Assembly: GCF_001194135.2 (NCBI RefSeq)
Contig: NC_068981.1
Location: forward strand, 79,789,534-79,853,533
Reading direction: 5' to 3'
DNA length: 64,000 nt
Source of the DNA: Octopus bimaculoides
Lineage: Eukaryota
This document shows, in pieces, positions 14,501 through 29,400 of the stretch; the stretch's first letter is position 1, and every line of letters starts with the position of its first letter. Under the pieces are notes generated by a model, which made no database searches, was not told where the DNA came from, and saw nothing but the letters and a program-made list of their open reading frames with translations. Made by a program: the position numbers and the translations under genes.

Positions 14501-17500
14501 GTTTCAGTCACTGAACGGTGACCATGTTGGAGCAGTGCAGTGAAGGGTTCATACAATCAAATTGAACCCAGTACTTACTATGTTGGCCTCTTCTTATTAA
14601 ATTACTAACTTATGGGGATGTAAACAAACCAACACTGGTCATCAAGTAGTGAGAAGTAAACAGAGACACTCATACATCTATACATATACATGGGGCTTCC
14701 ACCAAATTCACTAACAAGGCATTGGTTCACTCAGGGTGATAGAAAACATTTGGCTCCCTGCTAGCCAGCTCCATGTCAAACCATCCAACCCATGCCAGCA
14801 TGGAGAGCGGATGGTAAACGATGATGATGACAATGGTGATATTTTCTTTTGCTGATGCAGGCCATCGCTAATATTTACCAATAATATTCAATGCATGAAA
14901 CACAATAAAACTAAAGTGCATGATAATTTTTCTAGCTCTGTCTGCCTATATTTGTAATGGTTTCAAATCCTATGGGTCTCACTTTTGTGATATGACTGTG
15001 TTGCAATGTATATGCTTCACTATAAGACATCCACATCAGCAATTCCTGGATATTTATCTTGTGTGCTAGCATGGTAAATAAGAACTACGAGGAAATTAGG
15101 TAGCTGCTTTGCTAAAATTTTTTATTTACTAATACTTTATCGAATACAACAATTACATTTAAGCCTTGAAAGCATAAAAATATATGGACAAAGGAAGTAT
15201 GATTTATGATAGACAAAGAACTTAATAGTTAGGAGTTTGATCATTTTTTTGCTCATTTTATGGCTGGTTTTCCATGCTAGCATGGATTAGATAAATACAT
15301 ATTACTGAAGCATTCTTTATACAATCAATGCTCTTCCTGTTGTAAGCTTTTACCTGCCTTTCAAGGAAGGAAATTTCCAATCCATTCATTTCCAAAAGCA
15401 TAGGGCCACTGGTTGATTTCTTGACAGGGAAATGTCTACAAATGTTATCACCTGAAGCTCAGCAATCTTTTTTGAAAGTGCACAGATAGTAAACATTCAC
15501 ACAGACACACACACATTTTATTATGGTCATATCAGTCGCTTACTTCTCAAAGTTTCTTCTATAGATGCACGGGATCTTTAGGCAAGTTATGAGTCATAAC
15601 TTGCCTGAAGATCCTAAGGTGGGACTCAGAGCAGCAAGAGACGGACTTGATCAAAATAAAATATGTCATTAATTTCTACTATAGTACTGAATAATCTTTT
15701 CCCTCTTTCCACCAGTTAACACTAAATGCATGCATGGATGGATGGATAGATACATGCATGCATACAACACATACACACACACATGATAGGCTTTGTACAG
15801 TTTCTGTTTACCAAATTCATTCACAAGGCATTAGTCAAGATTTGAGGTTTTGCACAGAAGGAGTAAACCCAAACCATGTGGTTATGAAGCAAATTTCTTA
15901 ACCACAAACCATGTCTGCTAGAAACTGATATAATTATTGCTAGTTTAGCAATAATTGTACAAGTTTAGAATTATCAGCGTCAGTTTTGACATTATTTTGA
16001 TTTCATAAGGTCAGTAAGGCAACTAGAGAAGTAACAGGGGGACATTTCATAACATTTGTCTTTTCCCATACCTATTTGATGACAAGGAGTTGGTAAGTCT
16101 CAAGTCAGGAAAATTGTGACAATGCAGGTGTATGCAAGTTTTCAATTCAGCTGTATCTGCCTGATACGGAACACACAAAATCCATAAAGAACAAAAAAAA
16201 AAAAAAANNNNNNNNNNAAAAAAAAAAAAAAAAACCCAACCTATCCTAGTTTGTCACAGGGATTTTGTTTTTAAAAAAGTGATAATGGAACAAATGGTAG
16301 ATTCATTGACACCAAACTCACACTGTAGTGAAGCTTCTACTTTCATATTTTCTAGATCATTTCTCTGCCTTTTCTTGAAGAGAATACACTTGTCTGCATT
16401 GTTTGTTAGGATCAGGCATCTTTGTATTTGTATGAGTATGCAAATCCGTAGATAAAAATATGCATCCTCACAGTATGGTCATTTAAACACAAGTGACAGT
16501 CAGTGCACTCTGGGCAGCAGAGCACTATGGCTGATTACCAGGCCATGTTTTTGTGGTATAAGCAGAATTCTCGACTGATTGCTGACCTATGTTATCACAG
16601 GTCAATTTGTAACAAGCATAACATGGTTCACAAGTGAGTATCGTGTTGTTCTGATTCAGAAATGAATCAGTGATAAATGGAGAGCAAGAAACTCTTCCAA
16701 CAATTTAAACAAAAAGTTTAATTTACAGAAAAATTCAACCTAAATGAATATGGATAAAAAAATAATACTTTAATAGAATAAGACTTTAAATAGAATAAAT
16801 GTTATAATTCTATTTATTACATCATCATTCTTATCCAGATACATTTTCCCTGTGCTGTTAAGAGTTGGATGGGTCTGAAATACATCCGCCTGTATGTTCT
16901 GTTTTTTTTTTTTTTTTGCACAGTGTTGTATGTTATTAGATTGTGGCTGGAGATTTTAAGGCTGGATGTCCTTTCTATTAGTTGCCAATAGATTCAATGG
17001 AGTGGGTGAAGACTATCTATTCCGATAGTAACATCAGAAAATTCTTCTTAGATTTCAAGATTTTTCTAAATTGAACCTATTGATTGCTGGTCTGTAATGA
17101 GTGGGGACAGGAAGTGAGGAATTAAGTTGTATTTCAAATATCTAGCAATTGTTAAAATACTCATGGTAAAACTTCCTATTTCTCTAATAACTAATTAATA
17201 TAAAAATCTGAAGCTTCATGCTTATGTTAAAAAAAAATTGTAGCAGTTTAGTGCTAAATACTTACCAATGAAGAGCACAAGAGTGCCAGGTAACATACAA
17301 CCAAAGACCGATAATAACAGAGCCTTTGGAGTAACATGTTCCCGGTTAAAGTTTCTGAAGACAGGCACACAGAAGCGTTCAAATATATAGTAAGTGTAGA
17401 AAAGGCATGCCAATACTTGAGAAAAATTACTAACAACATAATTCCAACGGATTTTCTGAGTCCTGTGGTAGAGAAGAAAAAAGCAAAGTATGTATAAGAC

Positions 17501-20500
17501 AGTATCAAAACAATACAACACTTCAAAGAGAGTTAATATATTCAGACATTTAAACGGAATTGGTTACATTGTTTTTTTTATTTTGTTATTGTATTTTGGT
17601 GCAATATTTTTACAGACAGGCAAAAGACAAATGGATTAACATACTTTGCTCAGGCGTATGGCAATACAATCTGAAGTTATGATCATGTGGGGTTAATTCC
17701 AGCACCTTAACTTCACAACCACTATGCTATATACATACTACATACATATATACATACATGATGGCTGTCAACTTGTTGACAAGTATGATCAACACTAATG
17801 TTAAATCAATAACACCTTGTACAACACCACTAAGTCTCTCTCTCTCCACCTTCAAAGTCAAATAGTCCAGAAACAAGCAAATGCAAGATATCCGGCTTCA
17901 CAATGAGGCAGGTGCTATTTCAGAATATCCTTCTCCTAAAGAAATGTCTAAACAAAGACTAGGGGTATCTCACTCTCAGGTATTGGATGGCTGTTGATTC
18001 TACTGAGTTCATCTAGCCTTTGACAGGTTTTGTTTCTCATTAGGCATGGTGACTCATGAAAACCACCCTCCTTACTATGCACACTTGGTTAGAATACCAG
18101 TTTAGTCACTGACAGCCTAACTAAGTGTACACACACATATGAATGGCGTCACATTAACGCAGATAGGAGACAAACATGTGCCAAAAGTTTGAACCTTTAT
18201 GTATTATGTAGCAAATAACAGGCATTTTCATATTTATTTTAATCTATGTATTGCTCTGCAAAGTACATGCTTCATAATGTAGTCAGCAAAATTTATCTAA
18301 TTACTGCCAGATTAGAAAGAAAGTTGCTGCCAATGAGTATTGGTGATTGGCAGAATAATAAGGAATTTCTATAATGCTAATTAAGAAGGCTTAACAGCAG
18401 AGCTCATCACAATCTGTCAATGTCTGCTCTTTGATCCTATGTACAAATGGCTCAGTGATTGGAGTGTCGGGCTCACAATCATGAGGCTGTGAGTTTGATT
18501 CCTGGATCGGACTGCGTGTTGCATTCTTGATCTAGATACTGTATTTCATGTTGCTCCACTTAACTCAGCTGTAGAAATGAGTTGCGACATCACTGGTGCC
18601 AAGCTGTATCGGCCTTCGCCTTTCCCTTAGATAACATCGGTGGTGTGGAGAGGGGAGGCTGGCATGCATGGGCGACTGCTGGCCTTGTGCCTAGGAGGGA
18701 AACTTTCTAGGTGCAATCCCATGGCCATTCATGACCAAAGGGGGTCTTTACCTATTACTCTATGCATAAATGCTAAAATAATTGCCAGTTTAGCTAAGTA
18801 ATAATAATCTTCTTATATTACTGGTAGATTGCAATATTAGTAGCGGTGTGAAGTTTGAAACTAGATTTTAGAAGTTTATAAACTGGCATCATAGACAACA
18901 TTGTCAATATCCATGCTCAGTAGATCCTTAATTGTTCAAAACAATTCAACTTCAAATATATTAGTCTTTATTAAATTCTAATTAACTAAAATATATTTTC
19001 AAAGAAGATAATCTTGTAATAAAGATAATGTAAAAAAAAAAAAAAAGCTATGTTCAGAAAAATAAAGATAAAAGGGATGCAAGAAATTGAGATAATATGT
19101 ACAACATTTTGTTAAAAAGAATTATTTTTCTTACCTTGGATAAGAATCTCTATAAATAAGAGTTGGAGAAAACAAAAAATAAAGATATTTTGAAAAATCT
19201 GGACAAACATTATCATCACCTGGATAAGAGCAAAAAATAGATCAAAATATAAGATATAATACATATATTTAAAAGCATAAGATATATCATATAAAATTCA
19301 TAATAAAAAGCACATACAAAGAATGATATAGAGTTACAAAAGAACTCGGAGAGTTAAGATTACATAATGAAATATGAAGTTATAGTAACTGAAGAAATCC
19401 TACTTTGAAAATTAAGGGAAGATGATGGTAGTTTTCATACTGAACAATATAAAATAATTAGCCAACACTTACTATCTGCTTTTTTGTAGTTCAAAACCTT
19501 TGGTACATTTTCTCGAACAAACGAGTGAACTTTCATTATTAGCCGTAACTACAAAGGAAGAAGAAAAAAAGAAACAAAACTGTGAGACTTCTTTAAATGA
19601 CATTAACAAAGTTGAAATTAGAACTCAGGCCAAACACATGAATATTACTGTTAATAAAATTAAAATAAATATCTAATTTTGGCTTACAGTTTATTGCACC
19701 CCTGGATTGTAATGAATTTCAAAAACTTGGGGGCAGCATTTCAAAAATAATGAGAAAAGAATTCTATAAATATATGTGAACAGTTATGCTACATGGCGGT
19801 GAAACATGGGCTGTGACTGCTGAGGACATGCATAGGCTTGAAGGCTGGATGGAAAGTGTCAGTATGCAAAAACAACATTGTAAGTGATTTGAGAGAAAAA
19901 CTGGGTATACGAGGCATCAGATGTAGTCTGCAAGAGGGAAGGTTGTGCTGGTATGGTCATGTAATGATTTGGTTTGGAATTCAGTCCTACTGTGTGTCAC
20001 CTAGGGCAAGTGGTTTCTACTAAAGTCTCAAGCTGTGTGTGTGTGTGTGTGTGAAAGAGAGAGAGAGAGTGTGTGAGTGTGTATTAGTGTATGCATGTCT
20101 CCTTGTTTTGACATCACACACTAATTGTAAACAAATGTCACCATCATACAAATGGTGGGCATTTGTAATCTCCTATGAAAACAAGTCCAGCCATGTACTA
20201 TTCATGTTCCAAAGACTAGGGGAAAATATTACCTTACATGGAAACAGGTGAGGGTTGATATGCCCATAGAAAATCTGACTTGATGGATTTCATCTGATGT
20301 ATGCAAGTATGTAAAAGAGGACATTAAAATGATGATGGTGTTAATAATATATGGATGTGTGTGTGTGAAGGTGGCGAGCTGGCAGAATTGTTAGCATGTT
20401 GGGTGAAATGCTTAGCAGTATTTTGTCTGTCTTTACGTTCTGAGTTCAAATTCTGCCAAGGTCGACTTTGCCTTTCAGCCTTTTGGGGTCGATAAATTAA

Positions 20501-21311
20501 GTGCCAGTTGCGTACTGGGGTCGATCTAATCGACTGGCCCCCTCCCCCAAAATTTCAGGCTCTGTGCCTAGAGTAGAAAAGAATATATGGCTGTGTGTGC
20601 ACACATGCAAATAAATGTGAATGCTGTCATTTCCATTTCTTTGCATAAACCCATCATCATCATATAACGTTTGTTTTCCATGCTGGCAGGAGATGGCCAG
20701 CTGAGGAGATGCCTGGGTCCCATGTTTATCTTGACATAGTTTCTACAACTGGATGCCATTCCTAATACCACTCAGAGCAAAAAACAGTGAAGTTATATTT
20801 ACATTCCCTGTGAACAATATGTTCTGTAGTGCTATGCTTTGGAATTTAGAGAAATAAAAAGACTCTTTACTCGAAAAACAGGTAAAGGTGACAGGAAAGA
20901 CATCCAGTTATAAAATACTGCCTCAAGTAAGTATCTGTTCAACCCATAAGGTATGTAAAGAGAGCAAAATTGTCTTTGATCAAACTTAGCTGCGATATGT
21001 GCTAGCATTAAAAACAATACATTAAAAAAATGTAATCATCTTTTGCAAATAGTGAAGTTCCTAAATGCTCATCATATCATGTATTTTCTTTTATTCTTTT
21101 ACTTGCTTCAGTCATTTGACTGTGGCCATGTTGGAACACAGCCTCAAAGAGTTTTACTCAAACAAATCGACCCCAGAACTTATTTTTTAAAGCCTAGTAC
21201 TTATTCTATCGGTCTCTTTTTGCCAAACCGCTAAATTACGGACACCAACACCAGTCATCAAGCAGTGATGGGGTGGGGGGGGGGCACAAACACAGACACA
21301 AAGACACACAT

Positions 21312-21354
<43 letters not shown>

Positions 21355-22885
21355 CCACAGGCTTCTTTCAGTTTCTCACAAAGCTTTGGTCAGCCCTAGG
21401 CAAAAGTAGAAGACATTTACCTAAGATGCCACACAGAGGAACTGAACCCAGAACCATGTAGTTGGGAAGCAAACTTCTTACCAAACAGCTGCGCCTATGT
21501 ATAATTATATATATATTTAAAGAATATTCATGAAAAAACATTTTCTTTCTTAAAAAAAAAACAAATCTTTTTGATATTCATTAGAGAACACTTTTTCATT
21601 AATCCCAATCTTTCATTTCTTACTTTCTGCCCAGATTTCATTTTTATCAATTGTAATTTCTGAAGTAGCTGTGTGGTCAAGAAGTTTGCTTCCCAACTAC
21701 ACAGTTCTGGGTTCAGTCCCACAGCATGGTACATTGGGCAAGTGTCTTCTAATATAGGCCCAGTTTGACCAAAGCCATGAGAGTTTATTTGATAGAAACT
21801 AAAAGATGCATGCATACATGCATACATACATACATGCATACATACATACATAATACATACATACAGGGCGCGGTGAATAAACTGTCGTCTAAATTATGCA
21901 AAAATGGAAATAACACTGACATCTCATTTTAACAGATACATTTACCAAAATTACATAAAAATATCTTGAAGTATGAAAGAGTAAATTTATTCAATAAAGT
22001 CACCAATGGCTTCAACCATAGCTTCCAGATGACTTGAGAATCTCCTGCAACTCTTCGAGATGGTCTCCTTGTTTAAGTTGGTGAATGCTGCCATAATCCT
22101 TGTCTTCAGTTTATCTTTAGTGTCACAAGGAGTTTTGTTGGTCTCTCGCTCAACTGCACCCCACACATAATAATCAAGGGGTTTGCAGATGTGGCCAGAT
22201 GTTAGGGTAATGTGGTCAAAGAAATTGTCTGACAGCCATAACTGGGTCCTCCTGCTGCTAGATATAGGGTCTTTCAGCAGTCATTGTCTTGATCCAAGGC
22301 AGCACTACCTCCTTCAGGCACTTGATGTAGGCCTCTGAGTTGAGTCTGAGGCCATGCAGGAAGATGAATGTAGGCATAACGTCGCTACCACTGGTGATCA
22401 CTCCAAACACCATGATGTTGACTGGATGTTTGATTTTTATCACTCTCAGTACATGTCCTCAGATTGCTACCCAAACACTCTGAAATATTTACATTGTAGC
22501 TTCTGGTGCGAATGCCAAGCAGTACAGCATGTCGTTTCCAAATTTCTGGCAGAGTGAATTGCATCATGGAGCTGTTTTTCTCACAGACAGTGCTGAACTG
22601 ACTCGACTATACTGTGTAGTTGACAAAATAAAACAAAACGATGCACATACACGAAATCAAAAATATAAAATGGCATCAATTTACCTGCACACTGTTATAT
22701 ATATATGTATGTACACAAGTGAGTAGACAAATGAAAGAAGGGCACTCAACACATTTATTAGGAGTTACATGTATAGATCAAAACAGTTCGATTCAGAATC
22801 CTTGGTACTTTGAGTTTCGAGCACATGACTAGTCTTCAGCCTAGCCACTTGAAACTCTGCACCAAGGATTCTGAATGAAATTGTT

Positions 22886-22936
<51 letters not shown>

Positions 22937-22946
22937 ACATACATAC

Positions 22947-22985
<39 letters not shown>

Positions 22986-23421
22986 AGCTGAGTACTTAGT
23001 ATTGAGCATACAGCATGCTGAAGCAATTCTTAGTTGTTGTTTGTTAATAGTATATTGTGTGCATACCTATCTATATAAGTATACGCATAGACAAATACAT
23101 GCATAGGTACACAATCCAATATAAACCTAAGGATGGTTTCAAGTGTACCATATGTATAAAAGAAGGAAACAGGTGAGGTTAAAAATTCACAACAGCTGTT
23201 TCGGTAGCATTTTATTTATGCATTCTCAGATTACATCATGACAAAAACAAGACTTTTTTTCACCATTGTAGTTGGTAAACTTGTCAGCTATTTGTATCTT
23301 AACTGTTTATATGTTTAAAATTCACCTAACAATGACAGGTCTTTGCCATGATTTAATCTAAGAATGCATCAATAAGATACTACTGAAACAGCTGTTGTGA
23401 ATTTTGAATCCCACTTGTGTT

Positions 23422-23452
<31 letters not shown>

Positions 23453-26400
23453 CGTGCGTGTGCGTGTGTGTCATCTTGTCTTGACATTGCATGATAGCTC
23501 AAATGATATTCACTATACTGCAAAAATATGTCTGGACATAAGGAAATGTTACCTTGTTTGGAAACAAGTAACAGTTGGTGACAGGAAGAGCATCCAGATG
23601 TAGAAATTCTACCTCATCATATTGTACAACCCATGATGATTTTCCTTAAGTTTTGTTTATTTTATTATTAACATTTTTTTTTTATTAACATACACATTCA
23701 TCATCATCATCATCATCATCGTTTAACGTCCGCTTTCCATGCTAGCATGGGTTGGACGATTTGACTGAGGACTGGTGAAACCGGATGGCAACACCAGGCT
23801 CCAGTCTGATTTGGCAGAGTTTCTACAGCTGGATGCCCTTCCTAACGCCAACCACTCAGAGAGTGTAGTATATTGCAATATATAAATTCGGGAGTAAAAA
23901 AAAAAAACTTTTATTTTCTTCAAATACGTCTGCCAATAAAATCAAATTGTCCCAATTAATGCAACCACAAAGCATTTTTTAAAATCAAACTTTGACTGTT
24001 TATTTGACAAAATGTCATGTAACTGGATATTTGAGTGAGATTTCTTTCACAAATAAACATATTTATTAAACAAATATTATTTTAAGATCTTTCAGACACC
24101 AGTTTATCTTATAATCCTCTGCAGTGCTTTTACTACTCATACAGAGTACAGATAAGGACTGTAGAGTTAATTCAAAGCAAGTCCAAAGAGTTACTAAAGC
24201 AAATACATGCTCACTGAATTACTGTCATGTTATCAATAACATAATGTAAAGTAATTATCTATGTATTATACTCAGTCTTTTAGCATTCAGTTTACTGGCA
24301 AATGTAATGCTTATTAATTACCTCCACCTTAGTGAAGTGGAGATATTGTTTTCAGTTATGTTTGTTTTTGTCCATGGACAAGATATCTCAAGAATCACTG
24401 ATTGGATTCAGATGAAACTTTCAGGGATGCTTGGCCTCATGATTGGCACAAACTGATTAGATTTTGGGATTGATTCGGTACCAGACAAGGATTTGGCATT
24501 ATTTTTCCTGTTTTTTTAACTTAATTTTTGAGAGTGGTTGGGTTTGTTTTTAGTATTCTCGTTTGTGAGAGCAGTTGAGTTTATTTCAGATATTCTCAGT
24601 TCAAAAATCATCTCTGGCTAATCGTTGAGAGGATGTTAGTATTGCCTTGGCAGAGGTTTGCACTCTCTGAGTGCTCTTGTTCATATTGTTTTGAGTTAAG
24701 GTAAAGGGTAAAGACCCCCTTTGGTCAAGAATAACCATGGGATTGCATATAGAAAGGCACAAGTCTAGGCAAGATTGTTTGTGGAAAATCAGCAATTGTC
24801 CATGCATACCACCAGCCTCCCCTCTCCACACCACTGATGTTATCCAAGAGAAAGGCAAAGGCTAATACAGCCTAGCACTAGTGACATCGCAACTCATTTC
24901 TACAGCTGAAGGAACTGGAGCAACAAGAAATAAAATGTCTTACTCAAGAACACAACATACAGTCTTGTCCAGGAATCGAACTTACTACCACATTATTGTG
25001 AGCCCCACGCTCTAACCACTGAGCCATGCATCTTCATTGTTTTGAGTTAATCATGCTATATCTCATAGCTTTGAGATTTCAATGATGTGATAATTTAATT
25101 TTAGAATGACATTGTAGGGGAGGTGCAAAAGGCCAGACTTGGCCAGTCTGAATGTAAAGCTGGTTGAATATTTGGACTGGATACACAATGATAAATCAGT
25201 TACTTCAGTATTTGTCCTGAGATAACATCTCTTATCAACGTACTGTGTTAAAAATAGTAAATATCAGAGGGAGAGGAAAATTTGTTCCAGTGAGATTCAG
25301 TGGTAACATATTTGCAGCCAACCACATGCTCAGACAAGAATTCATTGCCTCTGATATGAAAAATAAGTGAATAAAATATAACTGATGCTGCAAATAGCCA
25401 CCTAGCTGAATAAAAATTCAACATAGATGGTTATTTTAATTTAATAGTGCCTCAGTTCCACACACTGGATTTTTATTCAGCCAGTTGACAATTTCTCATC
25501 TAAGCATGAGGTTGGCTGTGAGTAAGTGTTACCGAAAAGGCTCAAGAAGACCAAAATGCATCTGGCTTTCTCACTGGCCACTGTTGGAATGAATTTTTGT
25601 CTCACTCTGGTATTATGTTTCTTACACAGCACATCCATAAGAGATGTTGTCTTGGGACAAACACCACAGTAACTGGCTAGTTGACTGTGAATACATTAAG
25701 TATGATACACAGATGGCTATTTTAATTTAACACTGCCTCAATTGCATATACCAGATGATGAAAAGTACTGATAACTGAAAAAGAGAAGATAAAAAAAAAA
25801 GTGAAACAGTACCTGTTCTGTGACAATGATTACTGCAGAAGCTGGTGGCAGATTATTTTCATACAAATAATTCACTGGTAGAACAAAGAATAACAACTGA
25901 TAAGCTACAAAGAGTCCCAGCCAAATCCAATCCCAAACTTCTGAAAAAAGGAAAATATAAAAGCATATTTTAAATGAGAGATATAGATACAAAATTTTTT
26001 TTTAATTATATGCAAAATTTCTGTCTGTCTACATTTAAATAATGTTGTATAAAAGAGAAAATAAGAACGCGTCTAACAAGGCAGAAATTTTTATAAAAAC
26101 CTTTACATTTCAGGTGCACAGGCCCATTCTCACAAGGAAACAGTCTGGAAATGTCCAGTTACACCGATTCTGCTACCTTATTCAAACTCTTCAGCATTAG
26201 GTTAGCAGCAGCCACTCACCAACTGTTGGTATAAGCAAACCTCCAACTTGGTGTAGACAACAATCTCCAACAGTTGGAGAGTCTTCCCAGACTGTTTCCT
26301 TCTGAGGATGGGCCTTTGTACCCAAAATATTTTCTTTTATTTGTTTCAGTCATTTGACTGCGGCCATGCTGGAGTACTGCCTTTAATCGAACTAATCGAC

Positions 26401-29400
26401 CCTAGGACTTATTCTTTGTAAACCTAGTACTTATTCTATCAGTCTCTTTTGCAGAACTGCTAAGTTACAGGGATGTAAACACACTAACATCAGTTGTCAA
26501 GCGATGGTGGTGGGACAAACACAGACATACAAACATGTACATATATATCTGTAAATATAATGTGACAATTATTCAATAGCCATGATAAAACTCCGAGTTT
26601 CGGATGTTAGGGCGGAAACCCACGCCGGCATCTCTTCAGTTATTGAGAGATGCTGGCGTGGGTTTCCGTCCGGACATCCAAAACTCTGAATTTTATCATG
26701 GCTACTGAATAATTGTCACATATTATATTTGCAGATAAATTCCTTCCTCTATTTACATTATGTCGAGGTCTCTTTCATTCTTTTGTTGTCTTGCCATTTC
26801 TATCAATATATATATATACACACGATGAGCTTCTTTTAGTTCCCATCTACGAAATCCACTCACAAGGCTTTGGTCAGCCCGAAGCTATAGTAGAAGACAC
26901 TTGCCCAAGGTGCCATGTAGTGGGACTGAACCCGGAATCATGTGGTTGGTAAGCAAGCTACTTACCACACAGCCACTTCTGCGCCTATATAAAGTTTTTT
27001 TGTAAAACTTTCTGCATTGATAGAAGCTTTCTTATTTTCCCTTTTCTTTTCTTTCTTTGGTACTACAATGCTTCAAGTGAAGAACAAAGCTCTAATGTTG
27101 TGTAACACATGAGATCAGTAGGGACCTATCAGATACTGCACCTTCAACAAAAGATTCAGGTGAGGATGCACTGAAATATTTTCCCATTGCCATCTTCAGG
27201 GTCATATGAGGATTTGAAATTAGTACTGATATGAACATTAAGGTTTTAGTTACTGGCATCATTGCTGTTATTATTACGAATATAGTTCAGGTGGTGAGCT
27301 GCCAGAATCACTACTGTGTCAGATAAAATTTCTTCCAGTTCTTTACATTACAAGTTCAAATGCCACCCAGGTAAACTTTGCCTTTCAACCTTTTGAGTTC
27401 AATATAATAAGTACTGGTTAAGTACGGAGATCAATGTAATCGAGTTACCCTTCTCTTCAAAATTACTCGCCTTGTGCTAAAATTAGATATATTACTAATA
27501 ATATTTATTGCCTACAAACTTTTACTTTTTATGCTTATAATACCGATCTACCACTCTTCATTTCATATCACTGTCTCAGATTTACTGGTAATGCAGTATC
27601 TACTTTCTGTTAAAACCCCATTTCAGAAATATGCTTTATCAGTAGTATGTTTCTATCATTATTTCTCTCTTCTTCCTCAAATAGTTTCTACATAGAATCG
27701 CAACTACATTTTTAAGTGGGATGTTTGAATGTAGTCGAATATGACAACTCATGACCACACCATAATTTCTTATATCTCTCTCATTAGAAATTGGAATGAG
27801 GTAGCTCAGATAAGATAATGTTATGCAAATTACTACTGGTATTGTTGTTGTTATTACTATTGTAATTTATCATATTCATCAACACCATAATTATTAGTAT
27901 TTGTTTATTGCTTAAAAACTTTGACCTTTGACATACATACCCCACTCTCTCTCCCTTTAAGATCAAGTGATGATAGGGTATTTGCTGTCTCTTAAACTCT
28001 GTTTAGCAAACATAACCAGTCACTAGTATGTTTCTATCATTATTTCTCTCTCTCTCCACATCTCTTTATCTCATCTACTCCAACTCCCTGCTTCTGAACA
28101 ATGCAATATTAAGCTATTGTTGTTATTACTATTATCAATTTATTGCACTCATTAGTATTGTATTTATTTGCATCTATTCATTGGTCTACAAAGTTTAACT
28201 TTCAATTAAATCCTATTTGGCAAATACATCTTACCGGTAGTATGGAGGACCATTACTCCTGCCCCATTCTCTATCATAACAATTATGACCAGCCACCATT
28301 ACTTTAATCTGCCGTAAGCTCATCCTCCTACAAGACATTCATACATTCCAAACAAATCCATCCACCAGTATACTGTGATCTCCCCACCTTACTTTCACAA
28401 AGCTGTTAACTTAGTGCAATTTTGCCGTCCATTTAAGAGGTCTCCAAACCCCATTTATACTTGGTTTTCCAGCTGGTATGAGATCACAGAGGTATACATC
28501 CATACTATCATGCTGTAGCATGATAGTATGGATGTATACCTCTGTGTATACCTCTGAAGAGATAACTCTCTTATAAGAACTTAAAGGCTCAATATTATTG
28601 ACAGAATATAATTTCATTATTAACACAACATATTATAATACTACAATTCTATGTAAACTTTTCCTTGAACAGCATGTATGTAACTTCAGCTTTTATACTG
28701 AAATTCTTAAAACCACTGTGAGATGATTATTTATAAAATGTTTATATTTACAATAGTTTTACTATAAATAGATTCAAAAGTTAACTTACTATAAGGTCTG
28801 ATTTTTTTTGAAGAAGCCCAATAATAGAAAGCTGGATAGAATATCAACAAGGTTGCCAGCTGCATACACACCCAAAGAGCCATTACCTTGGGAAATTTAC
28901 CAAATGCCCATTGTATCAAATTGAAGTCAAGATGAAGTCTGTAAGACAGTAATAACTTGGTTACTGAAAAAGAAATCTGAATCATCTACACAACAGAGGC
29001 ATTTATACTTTTGTTCATTATGTCACTACACTTTAAGACCAGATATTAATGCTCAACAACAGATTTCACTACAGATAAGTTGAAACTTAATGAAGTTTAA
29101 ATGTAGCAAAATTAGAGCAAGATAGACCAGTCTGGATAAGATGTAGTTTGAATCTGTATGAAGACAAAATCACAGCTGATACAATTCTTATAAAATAACT
29201 GCAAACAAACAAAAGTGTTTAGCTAAGAACAAACCATTCTGAATTTAGTGACCTAGACAAGATTTTTAACAGGGTTCTAATCTTTATAGTGTGGTAAACA
29301 ATGAAAAAGATTAGGCTTTAATGAAAAACATGTAAGAGTAGTTCAATTTATGTACAAGGTGTTGTAAGCAAGGTCAAAATGTATAGTAAATAGAGTAAGC

